Part shown: positions 21,468 to 34,900 of the stretch, piece after piece | How positions within the stretch are numbered: the stretch's first letter is position 1 | Layout of the letters: each line of letters starts with the position of its first letter | NCBI RefSeq assembly: GCF_030684315.1 | Contig: NC_081387.1 | Location: 16,399,409-16,463,408 of the forward strand | Direction of reading: 5' to 3' | Origin: Stegostoma tigrinum | Taxonomy: Eukaryota | Length of the DNA: 64,000 nucleotides | The notes under the pieces: generated by a model | What the model was told of the DNA's origin: nothing | The model's database searches: none | What the model saw: only the letters and a program-made list of their open reading frames with translations | Translations under genes and position numbers: made by a program

Positions 21468-24400
21468 TTACATATTATTGTGGTACTTTACATTAATAAG
21501 ACAACTTTAAAAGAAAGACATGAGAAAACAAGGGAAATTTGAAGTGTTGAAATGTGAGATGTTTACTTTGACACCATCAAATGTGTCAGATGCAAAAAAC
21601 TGGAACAGATCAGCAAGACTTAGCAGAATTAACATTCGATTCATAAAAACAGAGCATCAACTGTTTTTATTAGTAATCACATGATTTGTTGAGTTTAACA
21701 GTTGATGAGAAAACGGGAACACATTCAGATTCTTACCACCAAGCTTGTGCGTTTGTGAAGGAATTTGTAACAAACATCCAGGAGAATGGCACATAGATTG
21801 TAGTTTTTGTATCTTTGCTCTCTTTCCTGGAGCACAGTGATAAACATTACAGTTTGATCAATAGTCTGATATGTTGGTTACACTCACATTTTTGCATAGT
21901 TCTCTTGGAAAGTACAGCAGAGAGCTGACATAATTGTGACAACATAGCATGATAAGCAAAAGAAATTTAAACACAAGTGTAACAACATGATTACGATTCT
22001 AAATAGAATAATGAGTTCAAGGCAGTAGCTGAACAAGAGAATTTGCTGATTTTGGAGGTAACTGAAACATGGCAATTCACCAGCTTTCCAAATTAAGGGC
22101 TGAATCAACATTTAAAGTTTATGAGTGACGAGTGCTAATTGGCTGCTGAGTACACACTGCTAAAGGCAATGCCATGGCAAATGTATCAGTTCATGCTAAT
22201 TGACAGTTAAGTGCCAGGCTTTTTTTTAATAGGGACCTTTAATCAGGTTAACCAAGGCGCTGCCTTGAAAGATGAACCAGAGTATGGCTGTCACCTATTT
22301 TGCTGAGTTGAAGCAGGCACTATACGTGCAAGTACCCGTTCTGCCTGCAAAGAACAGGGTGTTTTTCATGGCCATATGTAGCTTTCAGCACACACGAGTG
22401 CACCACACTGCAATCCTGACGAACAATACCAAATTTAAACAAAGCCTCGCAGTTAACTGTCAGTCATCATTAATTTATTCATTCTCCATAGCAAATCTTT
22501 CGAACATTCAGAGTCTACTAGCCAACCGAACAATGCTCATCTCTCCTACAGTATAAATGTTAGTCTCCCCCTTAACTTGGTATTCCTGCAAATTGTCTTG
22601 ATGGGAAACAAATAGATTATGAGGAAATCCAGATGAATGTAAACTGTCAGAAAATCCTGAAATAAAAAGAGACTAAAACACAGTGTGATATCTTTAACAG
22701 AGTAATTAACAGACATTAAGAGTAATGTATTGCAATGTACCCACAAAGCAAGTAAACAAATAATATGAGATGACAGACACATGAATAACTAAAGGGAAGA
22801 TAAAATCTAAATTAAAGGACGCATGAAAAATGTTTGTACATAATAATGGTGAGGAGGAGACAAAAACAGAAAGCAAGATATTAGGAGCAAGTTCATAAAC
22901 CATTAGGGATTCAAAGAGAGATCACGAAATCGTTATGAAGGAACATTCAGCACATACATAACATAATGAAAACTTGAGTAGAAGTAAGTTTGTTGTTGAA
23001 TGAACTAGATAAACTCACCGGTGATGATAGAAGAACATCTAATCTACTGAATAATTGCTTGCCCTGTCTATTATCAGAGATGCCAACACATTGTCTTTAT
23101 TCATAATGGCCAATCTTGCATAAGAGTTGACCTCTAACCTTCGGCAAAAACAGAATCATGCAGTAGGCCATCCAGTCCCCTGAGGCAGTTCTACCATGTG
23201 GTTGATCAGATTGTATACTCAAGTACATGTTCCCAGCTCCGCTGGTAACGTTTTGCCCTGTGCCATTCACCTCTGCTTTAAAATAATCAAAAACTCTACT
23301 TTCAAAGGAACAGAGTTCCAAAGACTACAAACTTCTGAAAGAAATACTTTCACTTCATCTGTGTTCTAAGTGGGCAGCCCATTAATTTTAAACAGTGACT
23401 GCTAGTTCTTGTCACTCCCAGAAGAATTACCCCATCCTGTCAAATCTCTGTTTACTCTTCTGAACTCTAGCAGATACAAGCCTCATCAGGCAAATCTTTT
23501 CATAAAACAACTAGACCATTCCAGGTGAACCCTCTCTAAACTGTTTTGAATGTATTTATGTTGTCCCATAAATAAGGTGACACATAATGTACACAGTACT
23601 CTCATAGTGATCTCGTCAGGGCCTGTATAACAGTGGAATAACCACCCACCTTTTGTATTCAATGCCCTTTGTGATAAATAATAGCATTCTCTTAGCTTAG
23701 AGACACAGAGGTGTACAGCACAGCAACAGACCCTTTGGTTCAACTCATCTATGCCAACCAGATTACCTAAACTGATCTAATTCCATCCACCTGCATTTGG
23801 CCCATTACCCTCTAAACCCTTCTATTTCATGTATCCATCCAGATTTCTTTTTCCACCATCTTCCTTGGCAGCTCATTCCATACATGTACCATGCTCTTGT
23901 GAAAAATTTCCCCCTTAAGTCCCTTTTAAATCTTTCCCCTCTCGCCTTAAACTTATGCACCCTAGTTTTGGACTCCCATAGCCTGGAGAAACAATTATCT
24001 AGAACATAGAACATTACAGCACAGTACAGGCCCTTCGGCCCTCGATGTTGTGCCGACCTGTCATACCGATCTCAAGCCCGTCTAACCTACACTATTCCAT
24101 GTACATCCATATGCTTGTCCAATGACGACTTAAATGTACCTAAAGTTGGCGAATCTACTACCGTTGCAGCCAAAGCGTTCCATTGCCTTACTACTCTCTG
24201 AGTAAAGCAACTACCTCTGACATCTGTCCTATACCTTTCACCCCTCAATTTAAAGCTATGCCCCCTCGTGCTCACCATCACCATCCTAGGTAAAAGGCTC
24301 TCCCTATCCACCCTATCTAACCCTCTGATTATTTTATATGTTTCAATTAAGTCACTTCTCAACCTTCTCTCTAGGGAAAACAGCCTCAAGTCCCTCAATC

Positions 24401-27400
24401 TTTCCTCGTAAGACCTTCCCTCCATACCAGGCAACATCCTAGTAAATCTCCTCTGCACCCTTTCCAAAGCTTCCACATCCTTCTTATAATGCAGTGACCA
24501 GAACTGTCCGCAATACTCCAAGTGCGGCCGCACCAGAGTTTTGTACAGCTGCAGCATAACCTCTTGGTTCCGGAACTCGATCCCTCTATTAATAAAAGCT
24601 AAAACACTGTATGCCTTCTAAACAGCCCTATCAACCTGAGTGGCAACTTTCAAGGATCTGTGTACATGGACACCGAGATGTCTCTGCTCATCTACATTAC
24701 TAAGAATCTTACCATTAGCCCAGTACTTTGCTTTCCGGTTACTCCTACCAAAGTGCATCACCTCACACTTGTCTGCTTTAAACTCCATTTGCCACCTCTC
24801 AGCCCAGCTCTGCAGCTTATCTATGACTCTCTGCAACCTACAGTATCCTTCGTCACTATCCACAACTCCACCGACCTTAGTGTTGTCTGCAAATTTACTA
24901 ACCCATCCTTCTACGCCCTCATCCAGGTCATTTATAAAAATGACAAACAGCAGTGAACCCAACACCAACCGTTGCGGTACACCACTAGTAACTGGTCTCC
25001 AGGATGAACATTTCCCATCAACTACCACCCTCTGTCTACTTTCAGCAAGCCAATTTCCGATCCAAACTGCTATATCTCCCACAATCCCATTCCTCTGCAT
25101 TTTGTACAATAGCCTATTGTGGGGAACCTTATCGAACACCTTGCTGAAATCCATATACACCACATCAACCGGTTTACTCTCATCTACCTGTTTGGTCACC
25201 TTCTCAAAGAACTCAGTAAGGTTTGTGAGGCACGACCTTTCCTTCACAAAACCATGCTGACTATCCCTAATCAATTTATTCTTTTCTAGATGATTATAAT
25301 TCCTATCCCTTATAACCTTTTCCAACACTTTACCAATAACTGAGGTAAGGCTCACTGGTCTATAATTACCAGGGTTGTCTCTACTCCCCTTCTTGAACAG
25401 CAGAACCACATTTGCTATCCTCCAGTCATCTGGCACTATTCCTGTAGACAATGACAATGACATATCTATGCCCTTCATGATTTTATAGACCTCTATAACG
25501 TCACCCCTCAGCCTCCGATACTTCAGGGAAAATGGCCCCAGCCTATTTAGCCCCTCCCTATAGCTCAAACCCTCCAACCCTGGCAACATCCTTGTAAATC
25601 TTTTCTTAACACTTTCAAGTTTCATAACATCTTTCCTATAGCAGGGAGATCAGAATCAAATGCAATGTTTCAACAGCGACCTATCCAATGTCCTGTACAC
25701 CCACAATGTATTACTTACCGTGCCTGCGTACTAGTTTATTACATTATGTATCCATGCATGTCAGAGTTGTGCAAACTCCCATCATTTCAATCATATATAA
25801 TATACAGTATAATATAATAAATAATATTTATTTTTTATTCTTGCTGCCAAGTGGACAATTACACATTTCCCAAGAGTGTACTCCACATACCGGAACTTTA
25901 TCCACTCACCAAACCTACTGAAATCTTTTTGATTGATAAGAAGCAGTTGAGACAAATGTAGCAAGTTTTCAAAAGGAAATGAGGCAAAACACAAGAAAAC
26001 ATGGAAATGAAGATTAATCAAAATGCTGAAATGGGAGGAGGCTTGTCGAAACTTTAGTTGGAAGAATGGCCTGTTTCTGAACCGTATGTTCAACGTAATG
26101 AAGTAAAACAGTTGGGGCCCTTGACAACATGAGGGTAACATTAGATATGGATACATTTGTGGAATGTTGCACAGTGGCCAAAAGGCTAGGGGGATCTTGA
26201 AACAGGACATTGATAGAAAGATTTGATTCACTTCCTGTGTATACTCACAGGAAGTAGAGTGAACCCACAACAGCTTTTAAAAACAAGACAAAGGGCTACA
26301 TTTCCCCACCTTTGGCCAATTTTCTTTTCAGGCAGATCTATGATAGGCAGTCCTCACATAATCACACGCTCTTAATTTAATTTATTATGCATTCGGCCTC
26401 TATAGTGCCCACAGGTGGAGAATATACCAAGTTGGATCAAAGGGAATCTCTCATTTAGGGGCACCAGGACGTCCACAAAGAATTGATTGAGCTCTATGAT
26501 GCTGCTTTCATCTCCCATTATTACCAGTGCTTCTCTATAACAAGCTTTTGGTCCTTCCTTATGTCTAATTACTTGTCATCTCCCAGGCAGCATCAGTGGG
26601 AGTCCATGAACGAATATGATAAAGAGGTCAGTACCTCCTAGCCTTAAATCAACCTCCACCCTGAGGAGGAGGATACACAACACTCAGATGATGCACTAAC
26701 AATGCTTTCACCCCTTAGTGTCCGTCCTCTAGCTCACGCCTCACCTCAGTGGGCTCTCTTTCTCAATTAGACCCAGGAGCACGCTCTGGCGAGGACATCA
26801 CTGATGCCACTCTGCAGCTGGCTGAGGAACTAATGCCATAGGTTGCTGGAGACCAGGAACCCACTCATCTCCAGATATAAGATGATCCCAGGCTCTTCTC
26901 ATTAATGTGTTTGTGAAAATGCACAGACTGACACAGGAATGGTAGGCAAGCTAGCCTGGGACAGTTGCAAAACTAGATAAAAGGATAGAAGAGTCCACCA
27001 ATGGTTGATATTATCAGTATCATGTTGTCTCTGGTATATGTCTGGTTGCCTCCATGGACAGACTGGTGACCACCTGCTGGATATGAACATACATGCACTA
27101 CATTCCAATGCTCTAAGTGTGGCGTTCAGCAAATCGGGGTTATTGACCCCTTACGTAATGGATACAGTGCCTGCTTATCCATTCTATCTCTGCCCCTCAT
27201 AACTCTGTACACCTTATCCAAAAACCTTCTCAACCCAATATTTCCTCATATCTCAGGTTCCCCAGCCCTAGTATTATCCTGGTAAATCACGTCTCAGTAC
27301 AGTCACATCCTTTCCATAATGAGGTAATCAGAACTGCAACCAGGACTGCAGCTGCGGCACAGCCAGCATCTTATACAGTTTGTCTGCTTTTGTACTCTTG

Positions 27401-30400
27401 ACTAGTAAAGGCAAGAATTCCCATATGCATTCTTAGCCACCTTTTCTACCTGCCCTACTAACTTCAGTGGTCTGTGGACAAGAACACTAAAATCTCCTTG
27501 ACCTTCAGCACTTCTCAGTTCCTCGCCAGTTATAACACAATCTCTTTTGTTGTTCACCCTCCCCAAGTCCATTTTCTCACCCTTTGCCAGGTTGAATTGT
27601 ATTTGTCACTGCGCTGCCCAAACGGCATCCAACTGCAGGTTTCTTTTTTAAATTCATTCACAGGATGATGGGACATCACTGGCCAGGCAGCATTTATTGC
27701 CCATCCCTAATTCCCCAGAGGGCAGTTAACTACATTGTTGTGGGCCTGGAGTCACATGCAGGATTGACCAGGTAAGGATGGCATTTCCTATCCTAAAGGA
27801 CATCGGTGAGTCAGATGGGATTTTTCCAACAATTGACAATTGATTGCACAGTCGTTATTAGATTCTTAATTCCAGATATTTTATTGAATTCGAATTCCAC
27901 CATCTGCCATGGCGGGATTCGAAGCCGGGTCCCCAGAATGTTGTCTAGGTCTCCGGGTCAACAGGTCATCACCTCCTCCACAGTTTCAGGTTATTACATG
28001 TTACAGCTACCCTCTTCGTGATTAAATTTCATGTCATCCACAAGCTTCTTGTTTCATTCCAAATCATTAATGCACACCAATAACAGAGTAGATCTCAGCA
28101 CTGTTTCCTGTGGAATCTCACCAGAAACAGATGTCAAGTCTCAGAAACATCCCACTCTATTATTTTCCTCTTCTTCCTGTCAACATACAGATTGCTTTGC
28201 GCACTCTATCTTTCTTGATCATCTGCCATGATGGACGTCATTAAAAGATATGCTGAATTTACAGAGATCACAATAAATCCATTACCCCATCAACACTCCT
28301 GGCTATCTCTACACACAAATTTGTCAAGCAAGGTCTCTCTTTATCAAATCCACACTGATTACTCCTGATAAATCCATGCCTCTCCAAATGTAGATATATT
28401 CTGTCCCTTAGAATTCTTTCCAATAATGTCCCCACCACTGAGGTTAGAATGATCCCTTCCTTCCTTTAGTAATAATGGAACAGGCCTCCAGCTCTTTGGC
28501 ACCTCATCTGTGGCCAGAGAGGATTTAAAAATTATTGCCAGGGTGTCTGATATCTCTGCCCTTGCACCCCTCAACAGCCTGGGATACATCTCACCCAGCC
28601 TTGCAGATTTATCCAAATGTGGCTCTGTGAAATCCACTCACACATGCTTGCGCTCTGGGTTAATTCGTTCGAATAATTCACTGTCCTCCACTCCGTTGTC
28701 TTTTTCTGCATTGTTCTTTTTCCATTACAAGGACTGAAACAAAGTATTAATTGAGGAATGTGTTCATTTCTCTAGTTTCACAAACAGATTAACCCCCCAG
28801 TGCAGAATTGTCCTCTCTCGTTGAACTTTCGTCACACAAGCTTAAAGAAATAATCTCCTTGATACAGTTTAAGAATTTTGTTCCTTCTCTACCTTCTGCA
28901 CAGAAACTATCCCAAGTAATATTCAGGTATCTTTGAAATTTGATCACATCCTGTATCTCTCCATGACTGTTTGACCACTTATAGTACGCCCCCAACTGTG
29001 TGTTTGACACTTTTCTGTTTTTATCTATTTCCGTTTTGCCTCATTTGACGATCCTTCCAATATAAATGCCTCCTCACTGCTGTAAATGATTTCTCAATCA
29101 ATATTGGAACTGCCTGCATCCCTCCTTCTATCCCTCTTTCTGTGTCATCTGAATGATTAGCTGGCAATCCTGCCAATCTTTCAGTCAATGTGGATCATTG
29201 CTGGTCGCTTGAGAGGCTGTGTGGCAGCCATGGAGATTGCTGTTCGTGCTGGCTTTGTGACAATATGGTGCCTTCTTCGACACTGTTCTTGCATATTCAC
29301 CAAAGTCACGAGGGACCCTCCAAGCATAGGTTCCATGCCAGATATGTAATCTGTGGATAATGTCAGAAATAGAACAGTGCGTCACTAATGGTACTTCATA
29401 TCACTCATATCAATCACAATGAAGCACTTGCCCTATCTGATAGAAGCATGGAGGGTTCACAAGGATGCCAATGTTTTACCTCAGTATGGAGCTCCGAGCT
29501 CAGTAACCTTTTACAGATGCATGTTGCAGCTCCAAAGTGCTAAAGATGGTTTCCTTTATTTCAAAAAATGTACCTTATTCATAAAAATGTATACAATATC
29601 ACAAAAGCAGTTCAGTTCTGTACAGTTGCATGTCAAGTAAGTAAACAAAAACATTGAATTTTAACTCTATCCAGAAAACCAAACACCTCTCTTGCACATA
29701 CAATACTAATAGTTACATACATTTGGGGCACGAGAAGTTATGATAACTGAGGAGACCCCCATTTACCTTCAACAGTAAGACTTCAGGCAGTGGTCTTTCC
29801 CCACTGCGCTTTGGTGGCAATCGCCCTAAGCTTTAGTATGTCCCTCAGCACGTAGTCCGGGACCTTGGAATGCACCAGTCTGCAACACTTGGTCGGGGTC
29901 AACTCCTTGCTCTGGAAAACCAACAAAGTTCGGATAGATCAAAGACCGTCTTTCACCGAGTTGATTGCCCTCCAGGCTCAGCTGATGTTCATCCAAAGCC
30001 CTAAAGCTACAGTGTTAGAGGTGGGAGAGGTGGTTGAAATTCAGACCCTCATCTACCATGAGCACACACTTAACACTAACCCTTGAATATCATAGTCCAT
30101 ATTATTGCATACTTACTGTTAGGTGAGGGAATGTGGCAGCTCCAAAGCAATCTCTTTCATTGTCAAGCATGAGAAGAAATGCAGAAAATGAAAACCCAGC
30201 TGAGGCTTTTAAATTTAATCTGAATCATTGTGCACATTTTACCAGACGAGTGGTCAATTGGTGCAAATTTTGTCATGGTCCAAATTGCTTGAGGCCATAA
30301 TTTTTAATGTTGATTGTTGACAGGATTTATTGACACGTTTCAATTAAATCTAATTTGATGGCAGTTGCATGGCACTACACAGTCAGTGGGTGCATGATTA

Positions 30401-31909
30401 TAATAATTTTGCCTAGAATGGCCTCATCTGCAGAGGATTTAACTCCACATCCCAAATATAAAAGGCAGCAACTTAATTCTGCATGTGCTAAGAGCTGTTC
30501 TCTCTCATTATTTTGTAGCTGAGTTTGGTGTGAAGATGAGATAATGGGAGCTGCAGATGCTGGAGAATCCAAGACAACAAAATGTGAGGCTGGATGAACA
30601 CAGCAGGCCAAGCAGCATCTCAGGAGCACAAAAGCTGACGTTTCGGGCCTAGACTCTGATGAAGGTCTAGGCCCGAAACGTCAGCTTTTGTGCTCCTGAG
30701 ATGCTGCTTGGCCTGCTGTGTTCATCCAGCCTCACATTTTGTTGTCTTGGTGTGAAGATGGCAAGCTCTCAGCTCTCTGTCCTTGTGAGAGACTTGCAGG
30801 CTCCATCTTAAAGAAATGATCAGGAGCATTCTTTACAGTATATAGGAGTAGATGCTGGAATCTGTACTGAAAACAACCAATGCTGGAGATCACAGTGGGT
30901 CAGACAGCATCCATGGGGAGAGAGAAAGCTAATGTTTTGAGTCTAGATGACTCTTCATCAGAGCTGAAGTGACGTGTGAAGGGGGCAACATTTATGCAAT
31001 ACGTGGGGTATTTGGAATAGGGTTCTGGTAGAGAAAAGATGTCAATATTTAACAAAGAGATAGTAAGAACTGCTGATGCTGGAGTCCGAGATTACGCAGT
31101 GTGAAGCTGGAGGAGCACAGCGGGCCAGGCAGCATCAGAGGAGCAGGAAAACTGATGCTTCAGGTCAGAACCCTTCTTCAGAAATGGGCTATTGATAGTT
31201 AACGAAGATGTACAAAGAGTCAACCGGAATTCCTGTCGTAGGGAAGAGCAAAACTTCTTCAGGGTAGGCATTCCTCAAAGAGATGTGGAGAGCTGTCCTT
31301 TAGGGAAGGAGACTGCATTGTCTATTCTTTACAGTTTAGGCAGGCAAGAAACCTTCTCTAGGAAAAGTGAAATGGGTATTGAGGATCTGTCATAAAAACA
31401 GAATTATATTAATTCAATATATCAACATCAATCATTCCCCATCCATCAAATTCCCTTTTGAGGTACTGTCCCTATTTCTCCAATGATCTTATGGCATCCC
31501 ATCACTTCCATTCCTTGACCAAATTTTTCGTCACCTATGTTACAAGGTGTCATTCTTTCTTTGATTGAGTTCCTGTGCATTACCTTAGCTAGTTTTAAGA
31601 TGCTGTGTAAATGTACATTTTTGTTGTTTTCATTGAAACACTAAAGAGACCGCTTCCATTAAAAACAACATTTAAAATACAATTGATATATTTCTGTTTC
31701 TATGTCAAATCTCCGTCATCTGCCGTACCTTAGTTTTATTTGAGAAGGTTACTGTAAAAGAACGCTATACATTTTTAATGCAGCACATAAGACTAATTAT
31801 TGATTTCAGTAAACAGAAGAAAAGGGTTTGACTGACTCACATTCCATTAGTAAGCTTTATATTACCTTTCCTTCCATTGCAAAGAGTTATAGTATATATT
31901 TACTGACAT
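21468..31909 (-). CDS. Speculative small spliced gene (93 aa): exons 31909-31866, 21998-21888, 21826-21737, 21504-21468
   Basis: All four exons have GT-AG boundaries and join in phase 2; AATAAA ~50 nt after the stop (21419-21414). No recognisable homology; one intron is only 61 nt. Confidence 0.2.
22130..22550. repeat. Old element with imperfect terminal inverted repeats (MITE-like); related copy at ~61150-61600
   Basis: ttgacagttaagtgccaggctttt (~22200) versus aaagcctcgcagttaactgtcag (~22440); gcagttaactgtcagtcatc recurs at ~61420. Confidence 0.45.
23150..23700 (-). mobile_element. Old CR1 3' fragment
   Basis: Decayed CR1 3' UTR and ORF2 end (gcagtaggccatccagtcccc...). Confidence 0.65.
23705..25710 (-). 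mobile_element. CR1 3' fragment (host: 23705-24000 and ~25460-25710) interrupted by a younger CR1
   Basis: KFKARGERFKRDLRGKFFTR on the left piece and KRFTRMLPGLEGLSYRE...YKIMKGID on the right piece are consecutive parts of one ORF2. Confidence 0.8.
24001..25460 (-). mobile_element. Younger 5'-truncated CR1 LINE (RT domain), nested insertion
   Basis: NYRPVSLTS, QHGF, YMDFSKVFDKV, SGVPQ, KFADNTK, LVRPHLEYC, FTQRVV; (agaacat)2 tail at 24001. Confidence 0.95.
27110..29150 (-). mobile_element. Decayed CR1 fragments with an inserted SINE-like repeat (~27645-27980)
   Basis: Minus ORF MYPRLLRGARAEISDTLAIIFKSSLATDEVPKSWR; SINE-type gcagcatttattgcccatccctaatt. Confidence 0.7.
29548..29995 (-). mobile_element. 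Tx1/L1-clade LINE 3' end
   Basis: 3' terminus with AATAAA-like signals (reverse complement resembles 20090-20160); minus-strand translation includes LVFQSKELTPTKCCRLVHSKVPDYVLRD. Confidence 0.7.
30539..30746. mobile_element. Young palindromic PLE pLTR element: perfect 86-bp inverted repeat, hammerhead core at the centre, 14-bp TSD
   Basis: Arms 30569-30654 and 30665-30750, 10-nt spacer tctgatgaag; TSD ttggtgtgaagatg at 30525-30538 and 30747-30760. Confidence 0.92.
31056..31188 (-). mobile_element. PLE pLTR single arm with tail
   Basis: agagatagtaagaactgctgatgctgga...cccttcttcaga, homologous to the long arm of the palindromes. Confidence 0.75.
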
Positions 31910-34900
31910 TTTTGTAACTCTAAATATTACAACATTAGAGACTAGAGGTTCTGCTGAGGTCTTGGTTAGTCATGATAGCTGGAACACTGGTTAGAGTTCC
32001 TGCCTAGTACTCTGGTTAGAGGCTCTGGCTCTTATACCAGTTAAAGGTCTAGATGGGACCCTGTTGAGAGGTTCTGGCTGTGACACTGATTAGGGCTTCT
32101 GACTGAGACTAGTTGGATGCCCTTTTTTGGATAAGTTTGAGGTTTTGTCTTGGCTGTTAGTTCTGGTTTTAGTCCAAAACACATTTTAAAGTCTCTGGGA
32201 AATAGCGGACAGATATTGCATTGTCGGGTGGTGGTAGGAAAGTGACGGTTACATCTCCAAGCTTCTGTATTAAAGCTCAACCTGCGGGCATTTGATGGTG
32301 GTTGGGCCATTACTTGGCTGAAGCTAGCCTTTGATCACTATCAGTGATGAACTTCCGCCTCGTAGAGCTGCTAGCCAATCTGTAGCTCTCTTCTCCCTGG
32401 CATCAGTGGTTTCTGCAGGCAGTGCTGAAGAAGAGACGTGGAGCTGGTATGAGGCTGAGCCGGAAGTCTCACTGGAGACCAGAAGGACAAACTTCAGAGA
32501 AGGAAGCCCTGGAGTCAGGGTCAACAAAGTATGGGCAGGGGGAATGCAGAGTTGGGAAATAAATTGGGAAGTCTTTGATTAGCACGAGCTGAACCATTGC
32601 CCCTTTTCAACCCAACCTTGCAACCTGAACACTAAGGAAAGATCAAAGGGGTGCAGGAGGCAGCATGCTTATTCATTAGACAGTTACACGAGCTACAATG
32701 AGCCTCTGACAAGTGAGCCATTGCGGTTACAGTAACTGTCGAGGTGGGATGTGGAATCAGTAAGTGGCAGACACCAGATCAGTGCAATGGTGCCCAGCTG
32801 ATGATCCACCCTTGCATTTGCCAGCTTTTTTCAGAGAAGTGTACAATTCTGGCCAGAGGGCACTTGTAATCCAGTGGTAGCTGCCTCTAAGGCGGGAGGT
32901 CTGGGTTCAAACCCCATCTGGCCATTACTTGCTGAAGCAGGCTGTTCACAACTCTGGCCAAACTCTCTGTTAGCCAGTGTTTACAATTTCACAACCTTTG
33001 GCGATTTCCAGCTGAAACATCATTAATGCTTGCTATTTCAAGCATGAATTTCAGGACAAGAGGAATAAGAATATAGGACAAATCCCCTTTGACAAAGCAG
33101 CACTCTGCCAAATAAGGCTTACTTGGGGTGCACTTTCAAGAAACTCAGAAAAGAAAGCAAAAGCTCATCACAGGAAATCAGGACACCACGGAGAATTTCG
33201 CAGCCTGCTCAGTGCTTCAGAAGAGCAGCTGTTATAATGAGTGAAGCAAGCAGCAAATTTACTATACAACAAGCTTCGGTGGAAATCAATTAGGTGAGCC
33301 TCTAATTACGTTCTTTTTGCCGTAGTTGTTTGATGGATAAATATTAACCAGCAGAGTTCTAATTCCAAATGTTGCAGTGGGATTTTCTTTTACACCTACC
33401 AAAGAGAGGCAGCAGCTACTTGGTCTGACCCAAAAGTTAGTAAGGGTGAAATGGTGATGTATTCCCATTGGGTTCAATAGCCCGTCTGAGGATTTTCGTG
33501 AGGATCTGTGACAGGCACAGAGAAATGAGATGACTGGGGTTTTCACACTTAGAGAGTGGGCTGCTTGAAGCCACTATACACAGGAAGAAGCCTGTGGCTC
33601 TTACTGTGGTTATTGCTGCATTAAACAGAAGTGATCCAAGCAAAGGCTTGCAGCATTCAGATCCTATTTGTCAAGAATGGCTCCAACGTCCTACACCGAG
33701 CTGTTTCAAATTGTAGACAGTGTACAGTGAAGTGATAGCATTGCGAGACATGTGGGAGTTGTTACTGTTGGTGAGAGCGCCAGTGGAGGTGAGATGGTGC
33801 TGAAGATAGGCGAAGGCGTGGTGCAAGCAGCTCATGGGCCATGGCCCATGACAGAGCGCTTAACAAGAAGCACTGCAAGGCTGGGCACTCTCTTCACTGT
33901 TCTATACATATTGTTCACATATATTCTATGTTTTGGCTCATTTTTCTGAGTTTTAATAAGGCATCTGAGAGGTGGGACACCATGCAACGCTTTTCGCTGC
34001 ATTTTGTAATGACCTGCACATGACAATAAATACATCAAATCAAACAAGTTTTAAACAGATGTTTCAAAGCAGAAGTGACTTTGCTTTCAGATAAGGTGTT
34101 GAACCTGCCTTCTCGGGAGACACTACTTTGAAAAAGAGAAGTCAGATTCTTCATGGTGACCTGATCAATTAATCTGATCTGCCTTCACTAAAAGAGATCC
34201 TTTTACAGCTCGGCCTACCGAAATATGCAACATAGGCTCTGCTAGGAACTCGTCAATGTGTGTATCTGATCATCTCATAGTCAGCCTCTCCTGTAACAGT
34301 GACTTGGTTTAGACATATCTTAGACCTCTGAAGAGATACCCACACCTCTTCTCAAGCCTGAAGCCAATGTCCTATTACTGTAATACAAAGACACAGTTCA
34401 GGAGGAAGTCATTACCTGTGGAGACAGTAAAAGTGTTAATGTTTCGGGTCTAATATTACTCTTTATTTTTAGTATCAAACATTAATTGTTCAGTACTTAG
34501 TATGTAACAAACTACTTTTTGTTCAAGCACGTGCCTGTTCTGTTGAATATTTATTCATGATTAATCCTACATCACTTATTACCAGTGCGTGAATTGCGAG
34601 ATGAGCTGGTTGCAGCCAATGTATCCAAAGCAGATCCAAGCACAACCAAGTGCCAGGTGTGGCCACCTCTAACAACAGTGGCCAAGACTGTCATTGACTT
34701 TCTCACTTGCTCTAACTGACTCCAGAACCACAGCAATGTGGTTGACTCATAACTAGCTTCTGCAGTGACCAGATGAGTCATTATATTCAAGAACATTGGC
34801 TTGCCTTACCAATGGCACCCACAGCTCGCAAACTAGTTTTTAAGAAAGGCAACTAGTGCACCAATTACCTTTCCTTGGTCTGGCCTATGTGACACCAGGT

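Noticed and set aside
32324-32582. GC-rich ORF pair resembling an exon
   Set aside because: No convincing splice-site pair or recognisable motif in any frame.
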